A model generated the notes under the pieces. It made no database searches. It was given only the letters and a program-made list of their open reading frames with translations, and had not been told where the DNA came from. The position numbers and the translations under genes are program-made. Positions 16,007 to 25,400 of a stretch of 37,960 nucleotides of DNA are shown here, one piece after another. The stretch lies in IMG/VR virus record IMGVR_UViG_2588253749_000006; one strand, 5' to 3'. This DNA comes from a virus. Its lineage: Duplodnaviria > Heunggongvirae > Uroviricota > Caudoviricetes. How positions within the stretch are numbered: position 1 is the stretch's first letter; every line of letters begins with the position of its first letter.

Positions 16007-17499
16007 TGGCGAGGGGTATCTGGGTTTCACCCGATGAATTTGTTGCTTTTTCTGAGCCTCAGAAATCACTGACCGCGCAGATTGCCTCCCGCAGCCGCGC
16101 GATCGACTTTTACGGACTGGGCATGTATCTGCCCAATCCTGATCCCATTCTCAAGGCTCAGGGACGGGATATCCGTATCTACCGCGAACTGCGCACCGAC
16201 CCGCTGGTCGGAGGCTGTATCCGCAGACGTAAAGCAGCGCTCAAATCGCTGGAGCGTGGACTGGAGCGCGGTCACGCTTCTGCCCGGGTCTTCCGTTTCA
16301 TCCGCGACATGCTCGACGATCTGGATCTGTCCCGCATCATCGGTGAGATGAGCGATGCCGTGCTCTACGGGTATCAGCCCTGTGAAATCATGTGGGGCCG
16401 TTCGGTCAGGGCGTGGGCGGTGACGGATATTGTCGGCAAACCGCCTGAGTGGTTTCAGTTTGATACGGACAACTGCCTGCGCTTCCGGGCGCGTGATGCG
16501 GGTGTGGAGGGTGAGCTGCTGTCACCGTCAAAATTCGTGGTGCCGGCACAGGATGCCTCGTATGACAATCCTTACGGTTTCCCGGACCTGTCCATGTGCT
16601 TCTGGCCGGTCGCCTTCAAGAAAGGCGGGATGAAATTCTGGCTCCGCTTTGCCGAAAAGTTTGGCTCCCCGTGGGTGATCGGTAAGCACCCGAGGGGTGC
16701 AAATGATGCAGAGATTGAAAAACTGCTGGACTCCATGGAGCAGATGGTGGAGGACGCTGTGGCCGCCATCCCCGATGACAGCAGCATTGAACTCAAAGCC
16801 GCGGATGGCAAGGCGGACAGCAGCGAGGTATTCCGCGAGCTGATCACGCTGTCACGCAGTGAGATCTCCATTGCATTACTCGGTCAGAATCAGACCACGG
16901 AAGCGAACAGTAACAAGGCCTCTGCACAGGCCGGGCTGGAGGTGACGGCTGATATCCGCGATGCGGATGCGGACATCATTCAGGCGGCAGTGAATCAGGT
17001 CATCAGAACGGTGGTCACCCTGAACTTCGGCGATGTGCCGTGTCCGGTCTGGGCCATGTGGGAACAGGAGGCCATTGATGACACCCGTGCCACCCGCGAC
17101 GAAAAACTCACCCGCGCGGGACTACGCCTGACCCCGCAGTACTTCATGCGGGAGTACCAGCTGCAGGAGGGGGATATTGACCTCTCTGATGCACCGGTTG
17201 CGGACGGGGCAGTGCCTGCGGAGTTTGCCGAGGCGATAAGCGCCGATCATGATGCACAACAGCAGCTTGACGACGCGCTGGACATTCTGATGAACGGAGG
17301 TGTGTTAAATGGCACGCTGGAACCCGTCCTGGCACCTCTGTTCAGGCGGGTCGAAAACGGGGTTAACCCGTCTGAGCTGCTGGGCGAACTGGCGGAGCTC
17401 TACCCTCAGATGAACACGGACGATCTGCAGGAGCGGCTGGCCCGCATTCTCTTTGTGGCAAATATCTGGGGGCGTCTGCATGAGCGTGACAACGGCTGA
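16006..17499 (+). CDS. portal protein (Mu gp29/DUF935 family)
   Basis: 497 aa between terminase and the F-like gene; N-terminal region typical of DUF935 as I recall it. Confidence 0.8.
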   Translation: MARGIWVSPDEFVAFSEPQKSLTAQIASRSRAIDFYGLGMYLPNPDPILKAQGRDIRIYRELRTDPLVGGCIRRRKAALKSLERGLERGHASARVFRFIRDMLDDLDLSRIIGEMSDAVLYGYQPCEIMWGRSVRAWAVTDIVGKPPEWFQFDTDNCLRFRARDAGVEGELLSPSKFVVPAQDASYDNPYGFPDLSMCFWPVAFKKGGMKFWLRFAEKFGSPWVIGKHPRGANDAEIEKLLDSMEQMVEDAVAAIPDDSSIELKAADGKADSSEVFRELITLSRSEISIALLGQNQTTEANSNKASAQAGLEVTADIRDADADIIQAAVNQVIRTVVTLNFGDVPCPVWAMWEQEAIDDTRATRDEKLTRAGLRLTPQYFMREYQLQEGDIDLSDAPVADGAVPAEFAEAISADHDAQQQLDDALDILMNGGVLNGTLEPVLAPLFRRVENGVNPSELLGELAELYPQMNTDDLQERLARILFVANIWGRLHERDNG

Positions 17500-18301
17500 A
17501 CTGGCGTACTGCATGACGCTTCCCCCGAAGCGGGCAGTCAGCTACCTGAAGTCCAAAGGGTATCAGATTACCTGGGACTGGGAGGAGATGTGGCAGGAAG
17601 CCCATGCCCGCGCCTTTACCGTCGCTAAAGTGACCCGCCTGGATATCCTGGAAGATATTCGCGGGGCACTGCAGCAGGCTGTCGATGAAGGAAAAACCGA
17701 TCGCTGGTTCCGGCAGGCGCTGGAGCCGGTGCTGAAGCGTAAGGGATGGTGGGGACCACGTGACACGACTGACCCGGTAACGGGTGAGCCGGTCACCATT
17801 CAGCAGGGCAGTCCGTGGCGGCTCGATACCATCTTTCGCACCAATATGTCCGTACTCTACAGCGCCGGTCGTTGGGCGGAGCAGATGGAAAACGTCGACG
17901 ACAGGCCGTACTGGATGTATACCGGCATCAACGACAGCCATACCCGCAGGAGCCATCTGGCGCTGCATGGTCTGGTGCTGCGCTGGGATGACCCGTTCTG
18001 GCAGGCATTTTACCCGCCGAACGGCTGGCGCTGCCGCTGTAGTGTGATTGCCCTGAGTGCGGCGGATGTACGTGCCCGTGGCCTGAAGGTTATCAGCTCC
18101 GGCTCTGTCATGGGCCAGGAACTGAAACTGGTCTCAGAGAAAACCGGCGAAATGCGGAACGTGGCCACCTTTAATACCGGCACCACGAAGGTGACCACCG
18201 ACGTCGGCTGGTCTTATGCACCGGGGGCAGCATACCGTCCCGACCTGGCCCGCTATCAGGGTACGTTTCAGCCACTGGCACAACAGGAACTGAGAGGATA
18301 A
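17480..18301 (+). CDS. Mu F-like minor head protein
   Basis: ATG inside track ORF 17453..18301; follows the portal gene. Confidence 0.7.
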   Translation: MSVTTAELAYCMTLPPKRAVSYLKSKGYQITWDWEEMWQEAHARAFTVAKVTRLDILEDIRGALQQAVDEGKTDRWFRQALEPVLKRKGWWGPRDTTDPVTGEPVTIQQGSPWRLDTIFRTNMSVLYSAGRWAEQMENVDDRPYWMYTGINDSHTRRSHLALHGLVLRWDDPFWQAFYPPNGWRCRCSVIALSAADVRARGLKVISSGSVMGQELKLVSEKTGEMRNVATFNTGTTKVTTDVGWSYAPGAAYRPDLARYQGTFQPLAQQELRG

Positions 18302-18303
18302 CA

Positions 18304-18762
18304 ATGGCTTCCGATAACCTGGTCAGTATCACCATTAACGATAAATCCCTGCGCCGGAGCCTCCGTGCGCTGGATCTTGCTGCCACAGACCTGGAGCCCG
18401 CGATGCGCAAAATCGCCGGAACCCTGCTGGCGGAAACACAGTTTAACTTTCTTGATGAGGGGCGTCCGGGGTGGATGCCCTCGCTGGCAGCGGAAGAACG
18501 TGACGGGCAGACACTGCAGGATACCGGGCGTCTGATGGGGTCAGTATCAACCGACCATGACGACCGGCAGGCTGTTGTGGGGACCAACGTTGTTTACGGT
18601 GCCATTCACCAGTTCGGGGGTAAAACGGGGCGTAATGAGTCTGTTGAACTTCCGGCCCGCCCGTTCCTGCCGGTGACGGGGGATGGAGAACTACAGCCTG
18701 AAGTGGTAATCCCCATCCTCGATACCATTGTCCGCCATCTTGAATCAGCGGCCCGTCGCTGA
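18304..18762 (+). CDS. virion morphogenesis protein (Mu G-like)
   Basis: 152 aa; GAIHQFGG motif typical of this family. Confidence 0.55.
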   Translation: MASDNLVSITINDKSLRRSLRALDLAATDLEPAMRKIAGTLLAETQFNFLDEGRPGWMPSLAAEERDGQTLQDTGRLMGSVSTDHDDRQAVVGTNVVYGAIHQFGGKTGRNESVELPARPFLPVTGDGELQPEVVIPILDTIVRHLESAARR

Positions 18763-18976
18763 GTTTTCTCTCTTCAGGCGGGTGATTTATCATTGCCAGC
18801 GAATGAGGGGCTGTATTACCTTTATAAAGGCTTTACAGCCTCTGTTTTATAACCGCTTCCGGTTCACCGCATTGCTTTCCCTGTCCTTCTCCCCTGATGT
18901 TTTCTAAAGCAGATTAAAATCGCCGGGCCTGCATTTCTCACAAACTGTCTCCGACAACATAACGCGGGACAGCAAA

Positions 18977-20092
18977 ATGTCAGCCATTCACATTTTTAAA
19001 GCCGGTACTCATACCGATATGCACGGCAAAAAACTGCCGTTCACGCCAGACGATCTTGCCGCCTGCGTGAAAGCCTATGACCCGTCCGTCCATGAAGCAC
19101 CACTCGTGATTGGTCATCCCAGAACGGAAGACCCGGCGTGGGGCTGGGTGAAAGCCCTGTCGCTCAGCGGCGTCGATCTGATGGCAGAGCCTGCCCAGTT
19201 GGACCCGCAGTTTGCTGAGATGGTCACCGACGGACGATTCAAAAAAGTGTCCGCCTCTTTCTACCTCCCGGATTCACCGTCCAATCCGAAGCCCGGCGTG
19301 CTCTACCTGCGCCATGTGGGCTTTCTCGGGGCACAGCCACCTTCCGTCAAGGGGCTGAAACAGGTGTCCTTCAGTGAGCAGGAAGAAGGTGTGGTGGAGT
19401 TCGCCGACTGGCAGGCCATCACGAATGCCTCCCTGTGGGGAAAGCTGCGCGATTTTCTGATCGCCCGCTTCAGTCTGGACGAAGCAGAAAAAGTCCTGCC
19501 GGAATGGCAGCTCAACAATCTGCGCGAAGAGGCGTACCGCGACACACCGTCGCAGGATGCAGCAGGTGCACAATTCAGTGAGACAGGCCAGGTGCCGTCT
19601 TCCGCAAGTAACGAGGAATCATCGATGACAAAAGAAGAGATTGAAGCCCTTCAGGAGGAGAACCGCCGCCTGAAGCAGCAGGCTGCTGATCGCGATGCGC
19701 GTGATGCACAGGCCAGACAGGAGCAACTGCATAAGGACAATGTGGCCTTTGCAGAAAAACTGGTCGCAGAGGGGCGTCTGGCTCCCCGCGCCTCCTCCGT
19801 GGTGGTTGCCCTGCTGGATGCCGTCGCCGGTGGCGACAAGCCGGTGGAGTTTGCTGAGGGGGAAAGCCGCACGCCGCTGGCCACCGCCTTCCGTTCATTG
19901 CTCTCCGACGGGGAGCCGGTAATGAATTTCGCCGAACAGGCCACAAAGGAGCGTGTCGGCGACACGGTGAAGGTGGATGTGGCGGAGTTTGCGGAAGCCG
20001 ATCCTGAGCGTCTGGCCCTGCATCAGAAAGCAGTGGCCCTGTCCAAAAAAGAAGGCATCAGCTATGAGGCTGCTGTCGCACGCTGCCTGTAA
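18977..20092 (+). CDS. head protease/scaffold (Mu I-like)
   Basis: 371 aa immediately before the major capsid gene; acidic coiled-coil C-terminal half. Confidence 0.65.
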   Translation: MSAIHIFKAGTHTDMHGKKLPFTPDDLAACVKAYDPSVHEAPLVIGHPRTEDPAWGWVKALSLSGVDLMAEPAQLDPQFAEMVTDGRFKKVSASFYLPDSPSNPKPGVLYLRHVGFLGAQPPSVKGLKQVSFSEQEEGVVEFADWQAITNASLWGKLRDFLIARFSLDEAEKVLPEWQLNNLREEAYRDTPSQDAAGAQFSETGQVPSSASNEESSMTKEEIEALQEENRRLKQQAADRDARDAQARQEQLHKDNVAFAEKLVAEGRLAPRASSVVVALLDAVAGGDKPVEFAEGESRTPLATAFRSLLSDGEPVMNFAEQATKERVGDTVKVDVAEFAEADPERLALHQKAVALSKKEGISYEAAVARCL

Positions 20093-20106
20093 TTTAAGGA
20101 GAAATC

Positions 20107-21060
20107 ATGTCTGATTACTTAAAAGGTAAACGTGTCGTTGATCCGGTACTGACCAGTATCGCCCGAGGCTATAAAAATGCCGCATTCATTGGCGAACGTA
20201 TTTTCCCCGTCGTGCTGACGGACAAGGAAGGCGTGCGTGTGCCGACCTTCGGGAAAACCGCCTTTGTGGAATATGACACTGAGCGTGCCGTCGGGGCGGA
20301 CAGCAATGTTCTGGTCCGTGAGAAAACCGGCACGCTTGATCTGGTGCTGGGTGAGCACGATCTGGCTGCGCCGGTGGACTATCGCGAGCAGGCGGAGTCC
20401 ATGTTTAACGAGGAGAGCAAGGCCATCCGTCGCGCCACGAATGGCGTGAATCTGCGCCGTGAACTTATCGCCGCCCGTCTGGCTCAGGATGAAAAGGTCT
20501 ACCGTACCGGGCACGTTAAAAAACTGACAGCCAGTGATCGCTGGGCCGGTGGTAAGGGGGACCCCATCGGGGTGATTGAAGCCGGTATGGAAGCGGTCCG
20601 TACGGCCACGGGGCTGCGTCCTAACCTGATGACCATGGGTGCCAGCGTGATGGCGCTGCTGAAGTTCCACCCGGCGATTCAGGCTGCCATCGGAGCCAAC
20701 GAACGCAAGCGCATCACTACGGAGATCCTGCAGGACCTCTTTCAGATCGAAGAGATCGTCATCGGTGCCCCTGTCTCCCTGCCATCCATGAAAGCGGCAA
20801 TGGATAAGGACAGCGTGCCGGCGGATATCTGGGGAGACAACCTGATGCTGCACTACGTCGGCAAGCCGCAGCCGGGGGCGGACAGCGCGGACGAGAACGA
20901 GCCGTCCTTCGGCTACACCCTGCGCCGTAAGGGGATGCCTGTTGCAGACAAATACGACGGTGCCGGTGGCAAGGTGAAGTACTGCCGTTATACCGATATC
21001 TACAAAGTCGCCGTGGTTGGTGGCGATGCCGGGTATCTCATCACCGGTATCAGTAAATAA
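20107..21060 (+). CDS. major capsid protein (Mu T-like)
   Basis: 317 aa; AAGGAG RBS; position after the protease/scaffold. Confidence 0.7.
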   Translation: MSDYLKGKRVVDPVLTSIARGYKNAAFIGERIFPVVLTDKEGVRVPTFGKTAFVEYDTERAVGADSNVLVREKTGTLDLVLGEHDLAAPVDYREQAESMFNEESKAIRRATNGVNLRRELIAARLAQDEKVYRTGHVKKLTASDRWAGGKGDPIGVIEAGMEAVRTATGLRPNLMTMGASVMALLKFHPAIQAAIGANERKRITTEILQDLFQIEEIVIGAPVSLPSMKAAMDKDSVPADIWGDNLMLHYVGKPQPGADSADENEPSFGYTLRRKGMPVADKYDGAGGKVKYCRYTDIYKVAVVGGDAGYLITGISK

Positions 21061-21069
21061 GGAGGCGTT

Positions 21070-21408
21070 ATGGGAACCACTCAGCAGGTCATTCTGATTA
21101 CAACCGTAACGGCAGGGGCAGAACTGGCACAGCAGCGTTTTGTCGGGGCAGATAATACCCCCTGTAAAGCCGGTGCCGCAGCGCTCGGGGTTGCCGAAGT
21201 GGATGCTGTTACCGGCGACAGCACGCCGGTGAGCGTTCTGGGCATTATTGCTGTTGAGGCCGGTGCTGCGGTCAGCCGTGGTGTGGCTGTTCAGTCAGAT
21301 GCTCAGGCCAGAGCCGTGCCGCAGTCCGGCGACGGTAAATCCTGTGGTATTGCACTTGATGAAGCCGGGGGTGAAGGCGACGTCATTCGTATCCTGCGCG
21401 GGGTGTGA
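21070..21408 (+). CDS. hypothetical head-associated protein
   Basis: 112-aa Ala/Gly/Val-rich ORF after the capsid gene. Confidence 0.4.
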   Translation: MGTTQQVILITTVTAGAELAQQRFVGADNTPCKAGAAALGVAEVDAVTGDSTPVSVLGIIAVEAGAAVSRGVAVQSDAQARAVPQSGDGKSCGIALDEAGGEGDVIRILRGV

Positions 21409-21409
21409 C

Positions 21410-21856
21410 ATGTACTGCACCCTGGAGGATTTGCTTGAGCAGGTGCCGGAACGAACGCTGATCGAGCTCACCAGTGAAGAGATGGACTTCGACTCGCCTG
21501 CGACAGTGAATACCCGTGTGGTGGAGAGCTGTATCCGCTATGCCGACGAGCTGATTGATGCCCATCTGCGCGGACGCTATATCCTGCCGCTGGCGGAGAT
21601 ACCGACCGTTCTGCGGGACATTGCCATCACGCTGGTCCGTTACCGGCTCTACGCCCGCCGCCCGGAAGGTGACCTCCCGGATACGGTGAAGGATGACCAC
21701 AAAGAAGCGCTGCGGCAACTGAAGGAGTTACGTGATAACAGGCTTACGCTGGGGCTGCCGTCCACTCAGAAAGATATGCCTGAGCCAGGAGAGTTTCGTG
21801 TACGCAGCCGCCCGGCCACTTTCGGCGGTCGTGACGGCTTACTGGAGAAATACTGA
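21410..21856 (+). CDS. Mu gp36-like head-completion protein (DUF1320-like)
   Basis: Internal ATG at 21410 of track ORF 21248..21856, directly after the previous stop; MYCTLEDLLEQVPERTLIELT. Confidence 0.55.
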   Translation: MYCTLEDLLEQVPERTLIELTSEEMDFDSPATVNTRVVESCIRYADELIDAHLRGRYILPLAEIPTVLRDIAITLVRYRLYARRPEGDLPDTVKDDHKEALRQLKELRDNRLTLGLPSTQKDMPEPGEFRVRSRPATFGGRDGLLEKY

Positions 21857-22320
21857 TGAATGTTCTGCCCGTCCTTGATGCGGTGCTGGCCCGGTTACGC
21901 GAGAAGCTGCCTCAGCTGCAGGTTGAGTACTTCCCGGAAAAGCCGTCCGAATACCGCCTCAATCATTCTGTCGGGGCGTTGCTGCTGAGCTATGCAGGAT
22001 CGCGTTTCGACAGGCCGGATGATACCGGTGCGGTGATCCAGCCTCAGACTATCCAGCTCTGCGTCACGGTGGTCTTCCGACAGCTCAACGGTAAAAAAGG
22101 GGCGATTAATGTCCTGGATGCTGTCCGCCGCATTCTTGGTGGCTACACCCCGCCCGGGTGCCGCCGCCGTATCTGGCTGACCCGCGAGGTGTTTATCGGT
22201 GAAGTCAGGGGGCTGTGGCAGTACGCCCTCGACTTCGCGACTGAAAGCGTCTTTATCGAAGACAGCGATTTACCGTCCGGCCCGCTGTTAACTGAAGTGA
22301 ACTATGAGGAAAGCGAGTGA
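21856..22320 (+). CDS. Mu gp37-like protein (DUF1834-like)
   Basis: 154 aa; coupled start; position between head and tail modules. Confidence 0.55.
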   Translation: MNVLPVLDAVLARLREKLPQLQVEYFPEKPSEYRLNHSVGALLLSYAGSRFDRPDDTGAVIQPQTIQLCVTVVFRQLNGKKGAINVLDAVRRILGGYTPPGCRRRIWLTREVFIGEVRGLWQYALDFATESVFIEDSDLPSGPLLTEVNYEESE

Positions 22321-22571
22321 TGAAAGAATACCGCTATTCCGGCCCGGCCAGCGGCGTCACGCTGTCGGACGGAACCGAAATCCTGCTCTGGCCGGGGAAG
22401 ACTGTTTCCCTGCCGGAGGAGCATGACTACGTGAAGGTACTGGTGGCGCTGAAGCATCTGACGCCGGTATCTGAAGAAATTAAACCCGCCGGCACACCGG
22501 CTGTGCAGTCACCAAAGCGCAGGAACGGCGGTGACAGCGAGGTGAAAACGGAGGACGCCCATGTCAGCTAA
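22317..22571 (+). CDS. hypothetical protein
   Basis: 84-aa coupled ORF before the sheath gene. Confidence 0.4.
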   Translation: MMKEYRYSGPASGVTLSDGTEILLWPGKTVSLPEEHDYVKVLVALKHLTPVSEEIKPAGTPAVQSPKRRNGGDSEVKTEDAHVS

Positions 22572-23988
22572 CTATCTGCATGGTCCGGAAACCATTGAAG
22601 TGGAAAACGGTGCCCGCCCGGTTAAAACGGTGAAATCTGCCGTTATTGGCCTGATTGGTACCGCACCAATGGGGGATGTCAATACGCTGGTACAGTGCCT
22701 GTCTGAGAAAGACGCTGCGGCATTTGGCAGCCAGTTCACCGGCTTTACCATTCCACAGGCGCTGGATGCGATTTATGACCATGGTGCAGGCACCGTTCTG
22801 GTCATTAACGTACTCGATCCGTCTGTGCATAAAACCGCTGTGGTCAGTGAGAATGTGTCGTTCGACAAGGCGACAGGCAGAGCCCGGCTGGCTAATCCGG
22901 TGGTCGCGCAGCTGGTACTGAAACCGGACAGCGACGGTCAGCCTTATGTTGAAGGTCAGGACTACTCGCTTGATGCACAGACCGGGGTGATTACTAACCT
23001 GGGTAAAAGCATTGCTGCAGATGCAACGGTGAAGGCCAGCTATAACTATGCTGATCCGACCAAAGTCACCCCGGCTGATATCATCGGTACCGTTAACGCT
23101 GCAGGCAACCGTACCGGCATGAAGCTGCTTAACGACAGTTTTAACCTGTTTGGCTACTTCGCCAAAATCCTGATTGCTCCGGTATTCTGCACCCAGAACA
23201 GCGTCTCGGTTGAGCTTATCGCCATGGCTGAGAAACTGGGAGCAGTAACCTATATTGATGCGCCGGTTGGTACCACTTTTGCGCAGGCTCTGGTGGGACG
23301 AGGCCCGGAAGGCACCATTAACTTTAATACCAGCTCTGACCGTGTCCGCCTGTGCTACCCGCATGTGAAGGTATATGACCCGGTGACGAACACGGAACGT
23401 CTGGAGCCACTGAGCCAGCGTGCGGCGGGCCTGCGTGCCAAAGTCGACCTGGACAAAGGGTACTGGTGGTCATCCTCAAATCAGGAAATTCTGGGGATCA
23501 CCGGCGTGGAGCGCCAGCTGTCGGCAATGATTGACGATCCGCAGAGCGAGGTGAACCTGCTTAACGAACAGGGAATCACCACGGTATTCAGCAGTTACGG
23601 CAGCGGCCTTCGTCTGTGGGGTAACCGGACGGCAGCATGGCCAACGGTCACCCATATGCGTAACTTTGAGAACGTTCGCCGCACCGGTGATGTGATCAAT
23701 GAGTCCATTCGTTACTTCAGCCAGCAGTACATCGACATGCCGATTACTCAGGCGCTGATTGATGCACTGACGGAGTCGGTCAACGCCTACGGTCGCAAAA
23801 TGACTGGTGATGGCGCGGTACTGGGCTTCCGTTGCTGGTTTGATCCGGCCCGCAATCCGGAAACGGAGCTGGCCGCCGGGCACCTGTTGCTGAGCTACAA
23901 ATATACGCCACCACCGCCGCTGGAGCGACTGACGTTTGAGACTGAGATCACCTCGGAATACCTGTTAACCCTGAAAGGGGGCAACTGA
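22561..23988 (+). CDS. contractile tail sheath protein
   Basis: 475 aa, followed by the tube gene. Confidence 0.75.
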   Translation: MSANYLHGPETIEVENGARPVKTVKSAVIGLIGTAPMGDVNTLVQCLSEKDAAAFGSQFTGFTIPQALDAIYDHGAGTVLVINVLDPSVHKTAVVSENVSFDKATGRARLANPVVAQLVLKPDSDGQPYVEGQDYSLDAQTGVITNLGKSIAADATVKASYNYADPTKVTPADIIGTVNAAGNRTGMKLLNDSFNLFGYFAKILIAPVFCTQNSVSVELIAMAEKLGAVTYIDAPVGTTFAQALVGRGPEGTINFNTSSDRVRLCYPHVKVYDPVTNTERLEPLSQRAAGLRAKVDLDKGYWWSSSNQEILGITGVERQLSAMIDDPQSEVNLLNEQGITTVFSSYGSGLRLWGNRTAAWPTVTHMRNFENVRRTGDVINESIRYFSQQYIDMPITQALIDALTESVNAYGRKMTGDGAVLGFRCWFDPARNPETELAAGHLLLSYKYTPPPPLERLTFETEITSEYLLTLKGGN

Positions 23989-24509
23989 TGTCAAAGATTG
24001 AGATAAACCGAATCACGAATGCCAACATCTATCTGGATGGTACTAACCTGCTGGGACGGGCTGAGGAGGTTAAACTCCCCGATGTCTCCATGATTATGCA
24101 GGAACACAAGGCACTGGGGATGGTGGGTAAGGTGGAACTCCCGGCTGGTTTTGACAAACTGGAAGGCGAAATCAAATGGAACAGCTTTTACCGCGATGCG
24201 ATGCTGTCTGCCGCGAACCCGTACAAGTCGCTGGCGCTGCAGTGTCGCTCCAGCGTCCAGCGCTACAGCTCGCAGGGGCTGATCGACGAAATCCCGCTGG
24301 TCACCTTCCTGACAATTATGTTCAAGAAGAACCCGCTGGGGACGTTTAAACAGCACGAGAACGCCGAGTTCTCCAGTAGCTTCACCTGCACGTATATCAG
24401 ACAGGTACTGGATGGTGAAGAGTTGCTGCAACTGGACTATCTGGCCAACATCTTCCGCGTCGGTGGCGTTGATCAACTGACTGACTATCGGATCAATATC
24501 GGGGGCTGA
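23988..24509 (+). CDS. tail tube protein
   Basis: 173 aa directly after the sheath gene. Confidence 0.65.
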   Translation: MSKIEINRITNANIYLDGTNLLGRAEEVKLPDVSMIMQEHKALGMVGKVELPAGFDKLEGEIKWNSFYRDAMLSAANPYKSLALQCRSSVQRYSSQGLIDEIPLVTFLTIMFKKNPLGTFKQHENAEFSSSFTCTYIRQVLDGEELLQLDYLANIFRVGGVDQLTDYRINIGG

Positions 24510-24511
24510 CG

Positions 24512-24793
24512 GTGAGTGTTGAACTGACTGACAAAGGAGGGCGATGTGCGTCACTGGGCATGTCAAATGGTACGTGGTTTACCCTCCTTGATATTCCGGG
24601 GGTGGAAACCCTTTTTAATACCCGTAAAACCAATGACCCGATTGACTGCACACGTTCAAAGGCCCGCAAACTGGCCGATTTGATTGAAGCATGGGAGCCG
24701 CCCGACCACTGGTTCTCCGGCATCGGCAAATCTGAGGGAAAGGCGCTTCTCATCGCTTTCCTGCGTAACTGCAAGGGTTTTCGCACTTGCTGA
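24512..24793 (+). CDS. small hypothetical protein inside the tail operon
   Basis: 93-aa ORF with GTG start, followed by a hairpin terminator. Confidence 0.35.
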   Translation: MSVELTDKGGRCASLGMSNGTWFTLLDIPGVETLFNTRKTNDPIDCTRSKARKLADLIEAWEPPDHWFSGIGKSEGKALLIAFLRNCKGFRTC

Positions 24794-24800
24794 CATCACA

Positions 24801-24822
24801 GGGGCTCCGGCCCCTTCTTCTT
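24801..24822 (+). terminator. Rho-independent terminator candidate
   Basis: GGGGC-TCCG-GCCCC hairpin followed by TTCTTCTT. Confidence 0.45.
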
Positions 24823-24823
24823 A

Positions 24824-24846
24824 ATCTCCTTTAATATCCGTCACGT
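24824..24846 (+). promoter_or_regulatory. candidate late-promoter activator site upstream of the tail chaperone/tape-measure operon
   Basis: CCTTTAATATCCGT about 45-60 bp upstream of the chaperone start; the same motif recurs near 11457 and 32932. Confidence 0.4.
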
Positions 24847-24890
24847 CCACCGCCAGACATACTGCTCTGAATTTACAAAGGAGTATGATC

Positions 24891-25226
24891 ATGTCACAGA
24901 CCCAGTCCGATACTTTTACGCTGTCTTATCCTTTCACCACTGCTGCAGGTACCAGAATTGAACAGATTGAACTGAAACGCCTGACAGTAAAAGACCTGAA
25001 GCAGGTGCGCAAAATCAACAAAGACCCGGCAGACTGGGACGAACCACTGATTGCCCGTAGCACCGGTATCCTCCCGGAAGACCTCGATAACATGGATCTT
25101 GCCGACTATATGGAGCTGCAGAAACGATTTCAGAAAATCACTGGGCTGGGCAAGAGCGACAAAAACACTGATGCAGGCGCAGGGCCTGCTGGCGAGATGG
25201 TTCAGGTTTCAGCCGGGGGAGATTGA
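24891..25226 (+). CDS. tail assembly chaperone candidate
   Basis: Second ATG of track ORF 24885..25226 (better spacing from AAAGGAG); lies just before the tape-measure gene; overlapping +1-frame ORF 25051..25308. Confidence 0.45.
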   Translation: MSQTQSDTFTLSYPFTTAAGTRIEQIELKRLTVKDLKQVRKINKDPADWDEPLIARSTGILPEDLDNMDLADYMELQKRFQKITGLGKSDKNTDAGAGPAGEMVQVSAGGD

Positions 25227-25400
25227 TGCCCTCGATACTGACGATCTGGAGATGTGGCTGGAGCAGGCTGAAGAGCAAATCAAAAGCGAGTTCGGCGACA
25301 ATCAGTAACAACGTATCACTTAACAGCCGCCAGTCGCGGCTGTTCTGCATGGGGTTCAGACACTTCCCTTCCGTTTTTTTGCTTTCAGAGGATAGCCACC

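Noticed and set aside
20119-20853. 244-aa minus-strand ORF
   Set aside because: Antisense to the major capsid gene.
22564-23364. 266-aa minus-strand ORF
   Set aside because: Antisense to the tail sheath gene.
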